Assembly (NCBI GenBank): GCA_964255285.1
Contig: CAXUUL010000028.1
Location: 1-58,993 of the forward strand
Length of the DNA stretch: 58,993 nt
Source of the DNA: Ionaspis alba
Taxonomy: Eukaryota
Direction: 5' to 3'
In this document: in pieces, positions 28,250 through 40,695 of the stretch
How positions within the stretch are numbered: position 1 is the stretch's first letter
Layout: every line of letters starts with the position of its first letter
Notes under the pieces: generated by a model
Databases searched by the model: none
What the model was told of the DNA's origin: nothing
Seen by the model: only the letters and a program-made list of their open reading frames with translations
Position numbers and translations under genes: made by a program

Positions 28250-29677
28250 TCATACAAAGTCGACAATTCTACTCCAGCTGGCTCCCTCGTCATCTGAACG
28301 TCTGAACTCTACACCGTCTCCGAAGTAGCCAGCACCATTCCAAGAAGCCATCATTGGACCATCATAAGGACCATGAATCTCTCCCCCATCTCGAGCGTCA
28401 GACCACCGATACTCCCACTTCTTGCTTCTTCCTCCGTCACCACTAGTGACGTCCGGCGCTTCCTTTGGAGGATCGATCCAATCCTCTCCTGTTTCTCGCC
28501 GGAACTGCCGCATAAGTAGTTCCCTTTCGGCATCGTATATTTCATTCTGACCTCTCGTAAGCAGCTGATCAGCAGCCTCCGTAATTGTTTCCACAGCCTT
28601 TCGCCGCCGAGTTTCCGCAGAATCCTCAAGAGTAGACCGGATTTCGATGTCCATGTCCTCTGAAGATTTTCTCTTGTTGCGGTTCTTGTCCTGCCATTTC
28701 GCCTTCTTCTTCTCCTTCCCTCGGCCAAGTCTAGCAAGCGCTTCCAGAACCGTCTCGCCTCGCTCGAGAAGAGGTATTAGAGACTTTAGAATATCACTCG
28801 TAACGACAGCATCTGCCTCAAGGGCTCGTTGCCGTCGTTCCTGGTCTCGCTTATCCTCAGCCTCTTTTGCCTTCTTCATGTCCTTCTTTGAGACCCCTTG
28901 TAGCCAGGTGTCATGTATAGCATCCGGGTCCGCAGCTTTCCGAACGTAGTTCAATTGCTCGTCGAAGCCACCATCCTCCTTCTCGGCTTTCAAGTTGAAG
29001 GCATCTAGTTTTGGAGCGTGCTTCTTCTTGCCCCCCGCTCCTAGCTCTTCATCCACGTCACTATCAACCTCCGCTCTAACCTCGTCTCCCACTTCACTGT
29101 CGCTACTACTTTCTACCTCCTGGTGTTCTTGTCTTCCCACTGCTCTTCCTTTGCGATCGTTAGACCCGTTGAGGGAAAAGTCTGCGCTAACATGTCCTCC
29201 GCTTTTGCTTCCAGCAACTTGGCCCTCAATTTCTTCCACGTCAACGAACCTGACGTCTTTCTTTCTTTTTCCCCCTCCATCCGCGGCCTCTTCTTCGGGG
29301 TCGCCATCACCAGATCCACCCTCTTCTGGGTCGGCGAACATGTCATTGTCCTCCTCTGCCTGGGACTTTGGTGTGCCATTGCCCCGTTTTTTGCTCTTTG
29401 CTTTAGCCTCCGCCCTGACATCAAAGCCTTCGTTCGAGCTGTCTGATTCATAACCGTCAATGTTCACAGCATTACGTTTGGTCTGCTGGCCTCGTTTGCC
29501 AATCTCATCAGCATCAAGGATGGCATCCTCCTCGGGCGCGTCGGGAATGAGTGCAGAAGGATTGCGGACATCAAATCGGGGCTTCTTCGACGAGGGACCA
29601 TCATCATCATTGTAGTGCGTTCGCGCAAATTCTTCTCCGCCACGTTTTGGTCGCGGAGCTGGGCGTCGGCCGGACAT
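28250..29677 (-). CDS. LIN1: Lin1/CD2BP2 (U5 52K) GYF-domain protein
   Basis: C-terminal GYF domain KWEYRW..HGPYDGPMMASWNGAGYFG, plus KLDAFNLKAE..GGFD and LERGETVLEALARL. Confidence 0.88.
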   Translation of the reverse strand: MSGRRPAPRPKRGGEEFARTHYNDDDGPSSKKPRFDVRNPSALIPDAPEEDAILDADEIGKRGQQTKRNAVNIDGYESDSSNEGFDVRAEAKAKSKKRGNGTPKSQAEEDNDMFADPEEGGSGDGDPEEEAADGGGKRKKDVRFVDVEEIEGQVAGSKSGGHVSADFSLNGSNDRKGRAVGRQEHQEVESSSDSEVGDEVRAEVDSDVDEELGAGGKKKHAPKLDAFNLKAEKEDGGFDEQLNYVRKAADPDAIHDTWLQGVSKKDMKKAKEAEDKRDQERRQRALEADAVVTSDILKSLIPLLERGETVLEALARLGRGKEKKKAKWQDKNRNKRKSSEDMDIEIRSTLEDSAETRRRKAVETITEAADQLLTRGQNEIYDAERELLMRQFRRETGEDWIDPPKEAPDVTSGDGGRSKKWEYRWSDARDGGEIHGPYDGPMMASWNGAGYFGDGVEFRRSDDEGASWSRIVDFV

Positions 29678-30047
29678 GTTCGACGTGGAGGGAAATCACT
29701 CCTGGTCCAACCTTAAAGAACAGTCATAACAAACCGATGTACTAGAGTGGTAGAAACTTTATATACTAGCGCAGAAGTTGTATACAAGTGTGCTCAGTGC
29801 GCGTGTTTTGAGTACAAAGGTTAAGGACTTTTTTCAAGCGACTGGGGGAGCTTTGATCAGCCCAGCATTAGCGACGTCATTGGCTGCCTGTTTGGCTACG
29901 CGTGATCCTGCAGCAGTAACGAACACACCTGTAAAAAGGTAACTTTTCTAGCGTTTTCTTCGGCCCAAGAACACCACACTCTCTTGATCGTGATCAGTCT
30001 CAGAAAACTCGCTGGGTCATTGGCATCACTGACCTGAGCAACTCAAG

Positions 30048-31375
30048 ATGGTGAGCTTCTTCACAGATTCATGAGATTCACAGCTCTAATTATCTTCAGT
30101 TTACTCCTGGGTTCATGGACGACGATGCGATGATGGGAGGAGTTTTTCCTCCGAGCATGATGAGAAGAGCAGGAATGACAGCTCCTCGCCGCTTCGACGA
30201 ATACTATAGATGCTACCCAGTGGTCATGTTACCGGGACCAGAACGAGAGAATGTCAATCATGGAGGAAAGGTCATGCTACCACCAAGTGCTTTAGACAAG
30301 CTCACTCGATTGCACATCACATATCCCATGCTGTTCGAGCTCATAAACGGAGCGGAAGGCAAGATGACCCATGCAGGCGTCTTGGAATTCATCGCTGAAG
30401 AGGGCAAGATCTATCTACCATTTTGGGTCAGTGAGGCAATGAGGATTCAAAAGCATATCGCGTTGGAGTTTGCTGACTCGGTAGGACTGTTAGATGATGC
30501 AAAACCTCTCTCTTGAACCTGGCGATCTTGTTCAGATCAAATCCACCGATCTCCCTCCTGGACAATTTATCAAGCTTCAAGCGCAATCGACCTCTTTTCT
30601 AGACATATCTGATCCCAAGGCTGTACTCGAGAACGCATTCCGCAACTTCTCCTGCCTAACAAAGGGCGATGTTTTCAGCTTTGCCTACAATGACCAAGTC
30701 TACGAGATGGCCGTACTTGAGACGAGACCTGCTACAGACAAGAATGCCATCGGAGTACTCGAGACCGATTTGGAAGTAGACTTTGCGCCGCCATTGGGAT
30801 ACGAAGAGCCAAAGAGACCGAGTGGGACAAGTACGCCCAGAAGTGGGATGGGGGGCCTGCCCAGTGGGGGATTGATACACAATCAGGGTAGTATGGCCCA
30901 GGCAATCAATTACGCATCTATCGCTCCGGATTCGAAGGCCGCTGCTGCAGGCGCAAAGGCTGTTTCGTCAAATTTTCTGCTTGGGGGCCAGAAGCTCAAT
31001 GCCAGGAAGGGGAGCAAGGCCCCAACACCGAAAGCTTCAACGCCAGTGGCAGGAGCATCCACCAACCCAGCACCAACGACTTTCCATAGAACGAACGGGC
31101 CACAACCACTCCGGCTGCCACCAGGGAAGCTTTTCTTCGGTTATGAGATTAAGCCGGTGAAGAAATCAGGTGAGAAAAGGGAGCTTGATGAGACCGCACC
31201 AAAATTCCAAGGCCAGGGTCAGACGCTGAGAGGTGGTATCAAGAAAAAAGGTGGAGATGGCGGTCCTCCAGAGACCGAGAGAAAAGGAAGTGGAAAAGAA
31301 GCGGAGAAGGATGCCTCGGCTGGAAATGGACAGCGTTTAGGAGCTGGTAGAACCTTGAGGGAGGTGTCGAAGTAG
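30048..31375 (+). CDS. UFD1: Ubiquitin fusion degradation protein Ufd1
   Basis: ATG-only first exon. RFDEYYRCYP, GGKVMLPPSALDKL, THAGVLEFIAEEG, ETDLEVDFAPPLGY, SHP box FQGQGQTL. Confidence 0.96.
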
Positions 31376-32099
31376 TCATGCACAGTCGCTGTCGCATCTC
31401 TAGGGCGTACTATCTGAAGCGGACGGAACATTCGGCGTCACGTTGTTTGCACGGCACCAAATTATGAGCATTGGGCGGCGAATCCTGCAATCTCTCTAGC
31501 GACTCACTTGTCGCCCATATTAACATGTATTCGTGGAATCTATGCATAGTTCTACACGGGTCTAAGACATTGATAGTGCTCGCACTTTCCTACCACTTTA
31601 TCGTGATCTATACCGCTTGCATCTCCACTCTTCAATCTGCTCTACTGACACTAATTCATTTAGCCAAGCCAGAAGATCCTCGTATTTCACCGCGGACTTT
31701 GAAGGTCATTGCAGGCAGAGGTGGAGCTTAGGCCAACAACCGCATTGCTGGGGCAGAACGTGGAACCAATACATGAACAAAGGTGTGTACAATATATTGT
31801 CTTTGTGGACAAAGTCAGTGCTGGGAAGCAACGGGAACAACGAGAACAATGATCCACGTCTATATTCTCCTTTTCAACCCATGAGCCACCCTATTCGTTT
31901 CCTTTGTTCTTTGAAATAAAACAATGTCGTTGTACAAGCTATATCATGGCAAATCCTTCCATTGTTTGAATTCTAGAGGACCCTCATACAAGGATCTAAG
32001 TGGTTTGTCAAGCTTGTGGAATTATCGATCTATTCAAACACTGACTCGACTTCGATGCATCACTTGACATTGGCTTCACCATTTCTGCAGGCCCCAGAA

Positions 32100-33035
32100 A
32101 TGGCTGACGAGTCCGATTATACATCCGTCAAGCCGCTCGGAGGAGGTGGTCAAGGGTCATGTCTACTGGTACGTCGAAGCAAAGACCAGCAGCTTTTCGT
32201 GTACAAGACTCTAAAATATCCAGAGCTGTTCCGTGGCAAAGCACGCGAGGCTAGCATCATGGAGATGCTACTGGAATGCAATCGTATCACCAAGTACTTC
32301 CAGTCCTACAAATGGCCTGAGCACTCACAGATCATTTACGAATTCTGCGATGCTGGAGACCTCGGGAAGATTATAGAGAAGTACGCCTATGAAGATCGCA
32401 TCATCCCGGAAGCTTTCGTCTGGCACGTCTTCATTCAGCTTGCTGAGGCCTTGGCTTTCATCCATTACGGCTATGGCGCATCTTCCGAGAAACGAAAGAA
32501 CTGGACGCGGATCATTCACCGAGACCTCAAGCCCGAAAACGTCTTCCTCAAGTGGCGACCTGGCTCTACCCGCTACGACAGCTACCCAGACGTCAAATTA
32601 GGAGACTTCGGTTTGGCCGGTGTCCCTTCCGATCCCGACCACAAGGACAGTACCTACTTAGGCTCATACATGTGGCAGGGGCCCGAGATCCCCTTACTCA
32701 CGGCCAAGGGTGACATTTGGAGTCTCGGCGCTATCATCCATGCCATGGCTTACGAGGGAGACCCCCCTATCGACCAACTGCCCAAGGCGTGGAAGAACAC
32801 CAAGGAGAACAGGGCGTTATGGTCAAAAAATCCGACGGCAAGGGCCCCTAAGCCCATCGATGCTATATACTCAACCCAACTTTCCAAGTGGGTAGATACC
32901 ACCTTGGAGCTAGATCCCTCGGACAGAATCACAAGCTTACAGCTGGCAGAGGAGCTGTACCCGGTGGCGAAAAAGAACAAGCACAAACTCTTTACTGCCC
33001 TAAAGCGCTGGTCTATGCCCATTAGGGAGGAGTAG
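32100..33035 (+). CDS. Intronless NimA/NEK-like Ser/Thr protein kinase (kinase domain only)
   Basis: LGGGGQG, FVYK, EFCDAGDL, IPEAFVWHVFIQLAEALAFIHYG, IIHRDLKPENVFL, KLGDFGLA, WQGPE, DIWSLG. Confidence 0.88.
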   Translation: MADESDYTSVKPLGGGGQGSCLLVRRSKDQQLFVYKTLKYPELFRGKAREASIMEMLLECNRITKYFQSYKWPEHSQIIYEFCDAGDLGKIIEKYAYEDRIIPEAFVWHVFIQLAEALAFIHYGYGASSEKRKNWTRIIHRDLKPENVFLKWRPGSTRYDSYPDVKLGDFGLAGVPSDPDHKDSTYLGSYMWQGPEIPLLTAKGDIWSLGAIIHAMAYEGDPPIDQLPKAWKNTKENRALWSKNPTARAPKPIDAIYSTQLSKWVDTTLELDPSDRITSLQLAEELYPVAKKNKHKLFTALKRWSMPIREE

Positions 33036-33419
33036 TAAAGCCAACTGGTTTAGCGAAGGTGCTTCGAATCCTGTTGGGTCTCGATTCCAGCTGGGCTGCT
33101 CGTACTCAACAGAGATTGCGGCTTTGACGACTAAACTTCTCAATGAGTTAATGACTAGTACCCCACAGGTAGTGTTTTCAGATTACGTATAATCAAGATT
33201 GTTACTCAAGTCCTTTATCATGCTTGAGATGTATGGTCATGGTGTTTTTCTTCCATAAACCTGTTATTTTCTGATCTATGTGCTCTGTTTTGGAACCACA
33301 GTAGTAGCTAAGACTCGCCTTCCTGTAGGCCTGAGTGGTTGGAAGTTGTTAGAAGGCCGAAAATCAAATCACAGCAGAAGACGATCTTTTGACTGTGATC
33401 GTCGTCTTTACGAAGCTTA

Positions 33420-34023
33420 TTAAACCTCCTGACCATAGTCCTGCCAGCCACCATCCCAGCTTAGATCTTTCATCAAACCCGCTTCAAACATACCGTCCGC
33501 CTCGTCGGTTCCATCAATAACACTCGATTCGCTACTGACCATCTCTTGCTTGATGCCGATAACAGCGTTGGTATCGACGGCCCTCTTCTTTGTCGGGGTC
33601 AAGCTTTTGGTGACACGGCCTGAGATAACTCCACTAACCTTCTTCGGGGAGGTGCGAGGCTTGCGAGATTTTCTGGGAGTGCTGCATTCACTCTTGACAC
33701 CGCTATTACCGCGCGGAGGTGCTTGAGGAGCAACTCCGGATTCCACCTCAGACTTCATCTTGGCCGCTTCGGCCCGAATCTTTCGAAACTGTCCTTCAAT
33801 CGCATCGTAAGTTGTGCCTTCGCCGTAATAGGTCGCGATTCTTCGGTAGTCAAGCTGAATCATGAGTTAACTTCATCCCAGCAGGGGCTTAACGCAAAGG
33901 GCAACAAGCGAATGTGCGACAATGGTCGGACGGGGCGCCGCGGCTTACCTTTTTGTCGATGAGAGCCGCAATAAGCGCTGCCATCAAGCGCTCTTTGGCT
34001 TCAATGGTATTCCAGCGAACCAT
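33420..34023 (-). CDS. Myb/SANT-like cluster gene 1
   Basis: Exons 34023-33949 and 33854-33420: MVRWNTIEAKERLMAALIAALIDKK|LDYRRIATYYGEGTTYDAIEGQFRKIRAEA..TPRK..SPKK..IKQE. Confidence 0.82.
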
Positions 34024-35437
34024 TTTGACGATTGGGGTTGAAATGAGCTGAGGGTTGTGGAACCAAATTTGGTGAGCAGAACGAGCACTGTGGTAATGAG
34101 GAGGATGTCAGTTTTGAGATCAATATGATGTTGATGAGCGAACAGATATACCTGCTACAAAGAATCCCTATAGCTCGAAGGGATCAAATGTGTGATGGAG
34201 TGGGTAGGTCTCTGAAGAGAACGGGAAATGGAGACAGGAAATCGTGAGCTCAAAATATTTTCAACCCAAAATCTGACTTATACGTTTCGTTTTCTCAAAA
34301 ATTATATCACTCCAATCGTCTGTGTAGACGGAAAATTCAAAGAACACACTAAGTGCAGAGTTGTGAAGACCCTTGAATGGATGAGATTTAGTCCTTACAT
34401 TCCCCACGAACCAGGCAGACCAGGCCGCTTCATATAGCCACTTCGTACCTTCACACCCAGCCAATACATTGTCTTCGCAATCCTCCTACTTCAGTCCCCG
34501 CCTTTCGCAGTGTAGATCCGGCATATTATGACTCATTTCAATTGTTCCTAGTCCTTGTTACCAGCCATCCGAATTCAAAGGATCACAAATGGCCGGTATC
34601 GATGAAGCAAATCCCGGCCCTCGACCCTCATTCGTCAAATTCCAGATGCACCTCGAAACTGGTCGTCGAGCCGCTATGTTAGTTCCTCTAGCTTCCCAGC
34701 TGTTCCTGCAGCTCCCCGTTCTCTTCATGCAAGCACTCTATCCCCTTCTCCAGCACCTCTCATTGCCCTTTGTTACCTTCTCTCTCTGAGCCTCTATTGT
34801 GAAGTAGCAAATAGAATAACATCATCGCGAATCATTGCAGACGTGCCTACCCGGACAAAGTAGTCAAGTACACGCCCGTGCACCCCAACCACGGCATTTG
34901 CTGTTTGTGTAGTCTTGTACCGAAGCAGAAGGGGCTGTATCGGGGCTTCGAATAAGCGTAGGTACGCGTAGCGCGGCGCTACGCGGTGGCTTATCGAGAC
35001 GCATGCACTTTACGCGTCGATCCCTGCAATGCGGGCGCGTGGGATAAGACCAGGGCAGCCAACGGCTCTCACGTCGCGGCTCGGAAGGCGGGTCATGAAC
35101 TGGGTCTTCGGTCAAACTTTGAGATTACACGTAAATTACAATAGAATACAGCAGTCGGGCAATAGACAGTTTGGCTTTCGAGAAGGTCATCAATTTATTG
35201 TATTGGGGCAAAATTCTCTTGCACCAAAGGACCAGTCTGAAGTAACGTGAGTAGAGCCGACATAACATTGAGCTAGGTGGCTTCGACATCGCTAGATTGC
35301 GACGGTGGAAGAGCTTCTACAAAGGCCCAGGCCACACGACACTCGACGAAGAACCAACACCGAGAATCTCGTTCACTCACCTTCTGTGTAGACAAGAGCG
35401 GTGGAATATGCTGGACACTGGCGTCCACTCCGCTGCG

Positions 35438-36137
35438 CTAACCTGTCATTTCACCCTCTTCATCTCCTACCTCTTCTCCTCCTTCGAACCCGGCATCCGA
35501 CATGGCAGAATCCTCGCTCGAAGCACCGTTGCCATTTCCGAAGATGTTCTCGCCATCCTCACCAATCGCGTCAGCCATGTGCACGAAAGGATCGTTGACG
35601 TAATCATAGTTCTTCGCCATTGTACTGGCACGTCGAGGAGAAGAACGCTTAGTCGTCGCCGAGCTCTGGCTGTCAGATGCTTCAAAAGCAGCCCTGTTCG
35701 TCTTCCCAGCCGGAGTCTCTGGCGGAGTGACGAGTTTGTCGTCATTCTCTGCTTCGCAGTCGATGTCAGGCTCTTGCTTGACCAAAGGCTTGCTGATCTT
35801 TTTGACAGGCCGAGCAGAGACCTTCATCGGCGCGGCACGCTTCGTCCCTGCAGCAGCTACTGCAATGCCATTGCAATCCTTGAACTTCTTTTTCGATAAC
35901 ATGATGTGGGAGATAATGGCTTTGCCCGGAACATTTGGCCCTGTGATGCTTTAGTAAATCGAGTTTTGAATGGCGTTTAGTGGCATGAGGTGCTCAAGGA
36001 TGTTTTGTCTCACCCATTGCCTTGGCGATCTGGTCAGCCACGGTGCCGTCAATCGAGATATTCCCGTAATAGAGCAGGGCATGCAGCATCTTGACATCGT
36101 TTGTCTCGGTCCACACGATGGACTTGACACCAGGCAT
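35438..36137 (-). CDS. Myb/SANT-like cluster gene 2 (divergent)
   Basis: Exons 36137-36014 and 35940-35438: MPGVKSIVWTETNDVKMLHALLYYG..QIAKAMG|PNVPGKAIISHIMLSKKKF..VKQE..acidic tail. A further terminal intron is possible. Confidence 0.72.
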
Positions 36138-37882
36138 GTCGATGGGTTCCCTGGAACGTTGCTCAGTTGAAGAACGATGAAACGAAATGAAGTAGACAAG
36201 GTAGGTATAAAATGGATAGTCCGGCAGAGTCAATATGGAAGTGATAGAAAGACCAGAGCTATAGATTGTAGGCGGGTGTGTGGCACTGAAGACAATGCGA
36301 GTTTGGATGATGGGTTTCGTCTCAATATGGCAGATGAATAGATGACGACAAATTAGGGTAATGACTTTTACTCACTGTGGAATTTGATTTGTGTGAAACG
36401 CGCTTGTGAAAGACGGAACCTGTAGACGAAGATCTTGCGAAGATGTAAGTCAAGGACATCATCTTGTAGTGTCAGTGACACACATACCTCAAACCAGTGT
36501 CTCAAACCAGTTGTTGTTGAATATTGTACGAGGAAAGCGTGGACTGATGAAAGTGAAGTTCAAGGTTGAGGTCGAAGAAGCCAAAGGTAAGCAAGAGACA
36601 GGTGGCTAGGGCTTGGCCTCTTCGTCAGGCTTACCAGAGGTTCACACAACTTCGGACCTTGGAATATGATCGATCGAATAGAGGATTGTCACAGCATATA
36701 CGCCCAGTCATTCATTCAACAGGACTTTTGTGGTTCATTGAGCAGCCTGTCCACTGCATGTGGGTAATGACATGATATCGAAAGCTATCGCATATCCTTC
36801 GCAGAACTGACAGGCAGTAATAGATTCCTTCCAATATGTGACAGGAAAGCTCCTATGAAACACACCGGATTTAGACGAAGGTGTTTGCCATCATTTTATG
36901 TGATACTAGATACTGGACGATTTCACTTCAGCCCACGGAGCAAGCACAGGTATGCAGCTGTCTCTTCTTTCGAAGACGGGCTAAGATGAACGGAGGGAAA
37001 CATGTAAAGAACAGTACAGCCATGTATTTCATTACTGGGACCGGGACAAAAGTAAGGTGGTGCGACGCTCAAATACTGCGATCGTACTATCACACCGCTC
37101 TTTCTCCTCGGGCATCCTGCAATTTCCTCATCGAAGGCTGGTGCAGGGGATGGTATAATGGTGGCCTCGTCATGAAGGTGGGGTTGACACAAAGTTGTAA
37201 AGTCAACAATGTGGTTGAAGCAAAGTTTGCCAGCTTGTCGTAAGCGAGCGGATATGCAGCTAGTGCAGCTAGTGGTAGCGCGAATATACAAAATGCCCTG
37301 ATTCTCTAGGTTCCTGGAACAAGCTGGGTATGGACAAGCAGCTACCAGAGTATGAAATAGTTTGCCTTAGCGGTGGTCTCGGGCTTTCGAGTATAGTGGT
37401 TGCCGCTGGTTAGGATTGGCTCATCACGCCGACCTTGAGCCATATCTGCTGCAGATACACGACACCAGAATGTGCTTCGTCACAGGAGTCCTTGCAATGT
37501 GATCTATCTGTCCTGCTATCAGCTACATCGGCTATCCTTTTGAGCCTATGTCTGCATCCAGTTTGTTGGCAAGGAAGTGCCTCATCTGCACCACAAGATC
37601 CTTGAATACGCGATTTCGTGATTTCTTTTTGCATTAGCCCTAACAGTCTCTGTGATCCACCTCGATCTTTCGATCATCTCTTCTCTACCTAAGTTCTCTC
37701 AGACCTGCACTACACGGTCCCCAGATTTCAAGCCAGCTTGAGTTTCGCCAAGGTTTCGTGAAGATACTCCGAGTATTCAGTATCTTCTTCCGACAATTTC
37801 CTTCCAATCACAACAGACATCTGATCTCAATCTCAAGAACCTCATAGCTATCTTCCTACAGTCTAACAACTTCTCCATCAGC

Positions 37883-38688
37883 ATGCCTATCAAATGGACA
37901 GCCGATAATGATCAGCTTGTATGTTTCCCACCCTACATGTTCTAAGCATCTTTCCTAAATCTTCACATCAACTTTAATCGAACCTGAACTCTCTTCTACC
38001 TGTTTCTCCATCACCTTCCACAAATAAATACTGCTTACTGTCTTCCCTTATCATTCACTATCTCTTTGTGCTGACGGCATTCAGCTTCTCCTCAAGATCC
38101 TCGAGACGTCAGCTATCAATGCGAACGTCAAAGCGATTGCCGAAGCCTGGCGTACGTCCGTCCTGTCTTTCCCTTTGCCCTTCGTGTTCCTCCTCTCCTC
38201 TATAACAGTCCAAATAATGTCTCCACTAACGCGATACAGCAACCGACAAGGGAGAACGACCAACTCCTCGTGCTGTATCCGAGCGCCTGGTCAAAATTCG
38301 GCAACTAGCCAAAGCGAACGGTGCTGGACACTTCACAGTCACTTCTGCAAATGCTGTTAAGCCATCTGGTCCGCGCACGCCGCGCAAACCACGTGTCAAG
38401 AAGTCGGAAGAGAGTCGGGACGCAAGCGACACTCCGGCGACTGATACTAGCGGTGGTAAACGCAAACGCACCAACGGCCTCGTGGTAAAGACGGAGAAGG
38501 TGGACTACGATAGTAGCGCTGAAGATGCGGTTGGTAGTCCACAGGGGACTGGGGAGGGCAAACAGGGTTTTGATGCTGATGCACAAGAGTCGCCGACCAA
38601 AAAATTGAAAGGTCTTTGTGTTGGAGCTGTCAGTGGTGGTAACAGCGAAGATAGCCTCGTTTATGATGAAGAAGAGGAAGAAGTCTAG
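37883..38688 (+). CDS. Myb/SANT-like cluster gene 3
   Basis: Exons 37883-37918, 38085-38151, 38240-38688: MPIKWTADNDQL|LLLKILETSAINANVKAIAEAW|PTDKGERPTPRAVSERLVKIRQLA..TPRK..KRKR..VKTE..DEEEEEV. Confidence 0.85.
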
Positions 38689-39039
38689 TTTTCTAGCTAG
38701 TCTGATACCATGTGACTCGAACAGACTCGTGGAAGTGGTTGTCCTAATAATTCAGGGCTGGGTCTACTGCTTCGTGCCTCTACATAGGTTCTTCGGGGGC
38801 GGCAAAGTACATAGCACTAAGGAGACATCAGGAATCGTTTAATGTGGTCGTCATGTTCCACTTGTACCAGTCGTAGACTGTGCTATTGATTTGACGCTGA
38901 GGAGAAGACACTATCAAGATTCAGAGGATCTTTAGATAGCTACACATATCCCCCACGCCAAGGTAGACCTTGCGATCATGATGAAAGGGGTTTTAGGAGC
39001 CCATTGCACTGATTGACATTGAAGGTTGTAGACTATGGC

Positions 39040-39583
39040 TTAGTCCTTCTCGTCTTCAATCTTGACTTCATTCCCGTCAATCTTGGTCTTCTTGCTCGGG
39101 GTCAACTTGAACTCGTCGTCGTCCAGTTCTTCTCCCGATGTTTCCCATTTTTTAGCTCCGTTCACTCCACGCTTCGTCCCTCTGGGTGCACTCGCCTCGC
39201 TAGCGTTGACGGGTTTCTTAGGAGACAGTGTGACTCTGCCATCCGCGATTCCTTTGAGCTTAGCGATTCTATGCTTGATCGATTTCGCCGTTACACCTGT
39301 AAACATGTCAGATAGCTGAAATGGTTGCCTTTGAGATTGGGAACAGAAAAATCACCCATGTCTGCACCTAGTCCCTCATAGTCGAGTTTGACGTCGTGGC
39401 GGCGAAGAACACTGGCGAACAGCTAATCAGGGAGTCAGTCAAGCTCCTATTCCGATTAGATCCAGTGGGCGGAAGCCGGGAACCCGGACTTCGAGTGAGC
39501 TAGAGTAAAGTGTGCCTGTCATGGTGATCTGAGGGAGAACTGGATCGTTTTACCTTTGCGTCAGCTTCCGAGTTCCACTGCAT
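39040..39583 (-). CDS. Myb/SANT-like cluster gene 4
   Basis: Exons 39583-39554, 39422-39356, 39296-39040: MQWNSEADAK|LFASVLRRHDVKLDYEGLGADMG|VTAKSIKHRIAKLKG..SPKK..TPSKK..VKIE. Confidence 0.83.
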
Positions 39584-40695
39584 CTTGAATTCGAGATGGT
39601 CTTGATGGTTTGAATAAGGTTGTAAGAGACAGGAAATGTTGATCGTTTTGTACTTGAGATCTTGTTGCAGTGGTGGATGTTGTGTGATCTTGAGTTAGAG
39701 GGAGGGCTGATGATTTAAAAAAAAGAAGACTTGCCTCAGCAAATTGGGATTCATGGTCGTTCATAGCACCAGGGGTGAAGTCGACTCACTTCGCGCCGGC
39801 TTATCGACTTCTATTCCAGGAAACCGTGAGCTTCACAATTATTCTGTGTATTGATAACGATTCTTCTCTTACCTTCTACGCGACGACTGGGTGATGTCCC
39901 TTCCAACGTAAACAACATCACCTACTAGGGACCATGAATGCTACAACCACGATGAGAAACAGATCAAGATGTCATGTTTGCTACAAATTGCTAGGATGTT
40001 CACATCGAATACGCAAGCACAACGAGGTCTGACGAGGCAAACAAATGTGTAGAACAAGGAGCCTAGCGCCCAAATCCTTCGAGGATATCCATAAAGGATT
40101 GTCGGTCCTATCGAAAGCTCAGAAAGTGACATAAAATCACGACGCCATTGACTCACTGCTGCACGTTTCCTAGCGTATTTGAGTTTGCAGATACCCATGA
40201 GCGTCCCGGCAGCACTCGCACTCCGAAGCACGTCTCCGTTCGAGTCATGAAGACGTTGGATGCTCAACGGGTCTGCATCTTAGGCACAGAAGGATTCATC
40301 CCTAATAGCGAATAGTCTTGCGCTCTGATCCTCCTATCTCATACCGAGCAGAGCAACGAGCCGAGAAAGATCTGAGCCACGTGGAAGCACGTTCCCAGAT
40401 TTAGGACTTTAGGAGCATATATTACGGCAGAAGCAAGATCGGGATGAGAGAATGGATCTCGTTGATTCTAGACAATGACCGAGGTCAAGAATAGTTCTCC
40501 CCCAGTCCGAAGTAATCCGCTACCCAGAGTCATGACCAGAGACAAAAGCTGTAAATATTGGATTGTGATTAGCAGCCTCTGCGAAATTGCACCAGACTTT
40601 TTGCCCCTGGCAGCCTGCCTTGAGTAGCTGAGTTTGAACCAGCTTCGCGAATATCTAAGGGTCATAGAACCTGTCTTTAGTTAGAGGAACAAGGT

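Noticed and set aside
33040..33100. tRNA-like TTCGAATCC/TCGATTCC motifs after the kinase
   Set aside because: No cloverleaf stems or properly spaced A/B boxes could be built.
34930..35110. SRP RNA (GGCTGTA resembles the fungal Alu-domain start) or other known snRNA
   Set aside because: No helix-8 AGG..GNRA..GCA motif, and no U1/U2/U3/RNase P/MRP or telomerase-template signature seen.
36400..37650. Short ORFs in cluster spacers (also 39.9-40.7, 41.3-42.2, 43.0-43.6, 49.0-50.2 kb) as extra cluster members
   Set aside because: No Myb-like pattern or spliceable model found by eye. Very degenerate members could still be missed without an HMM search.
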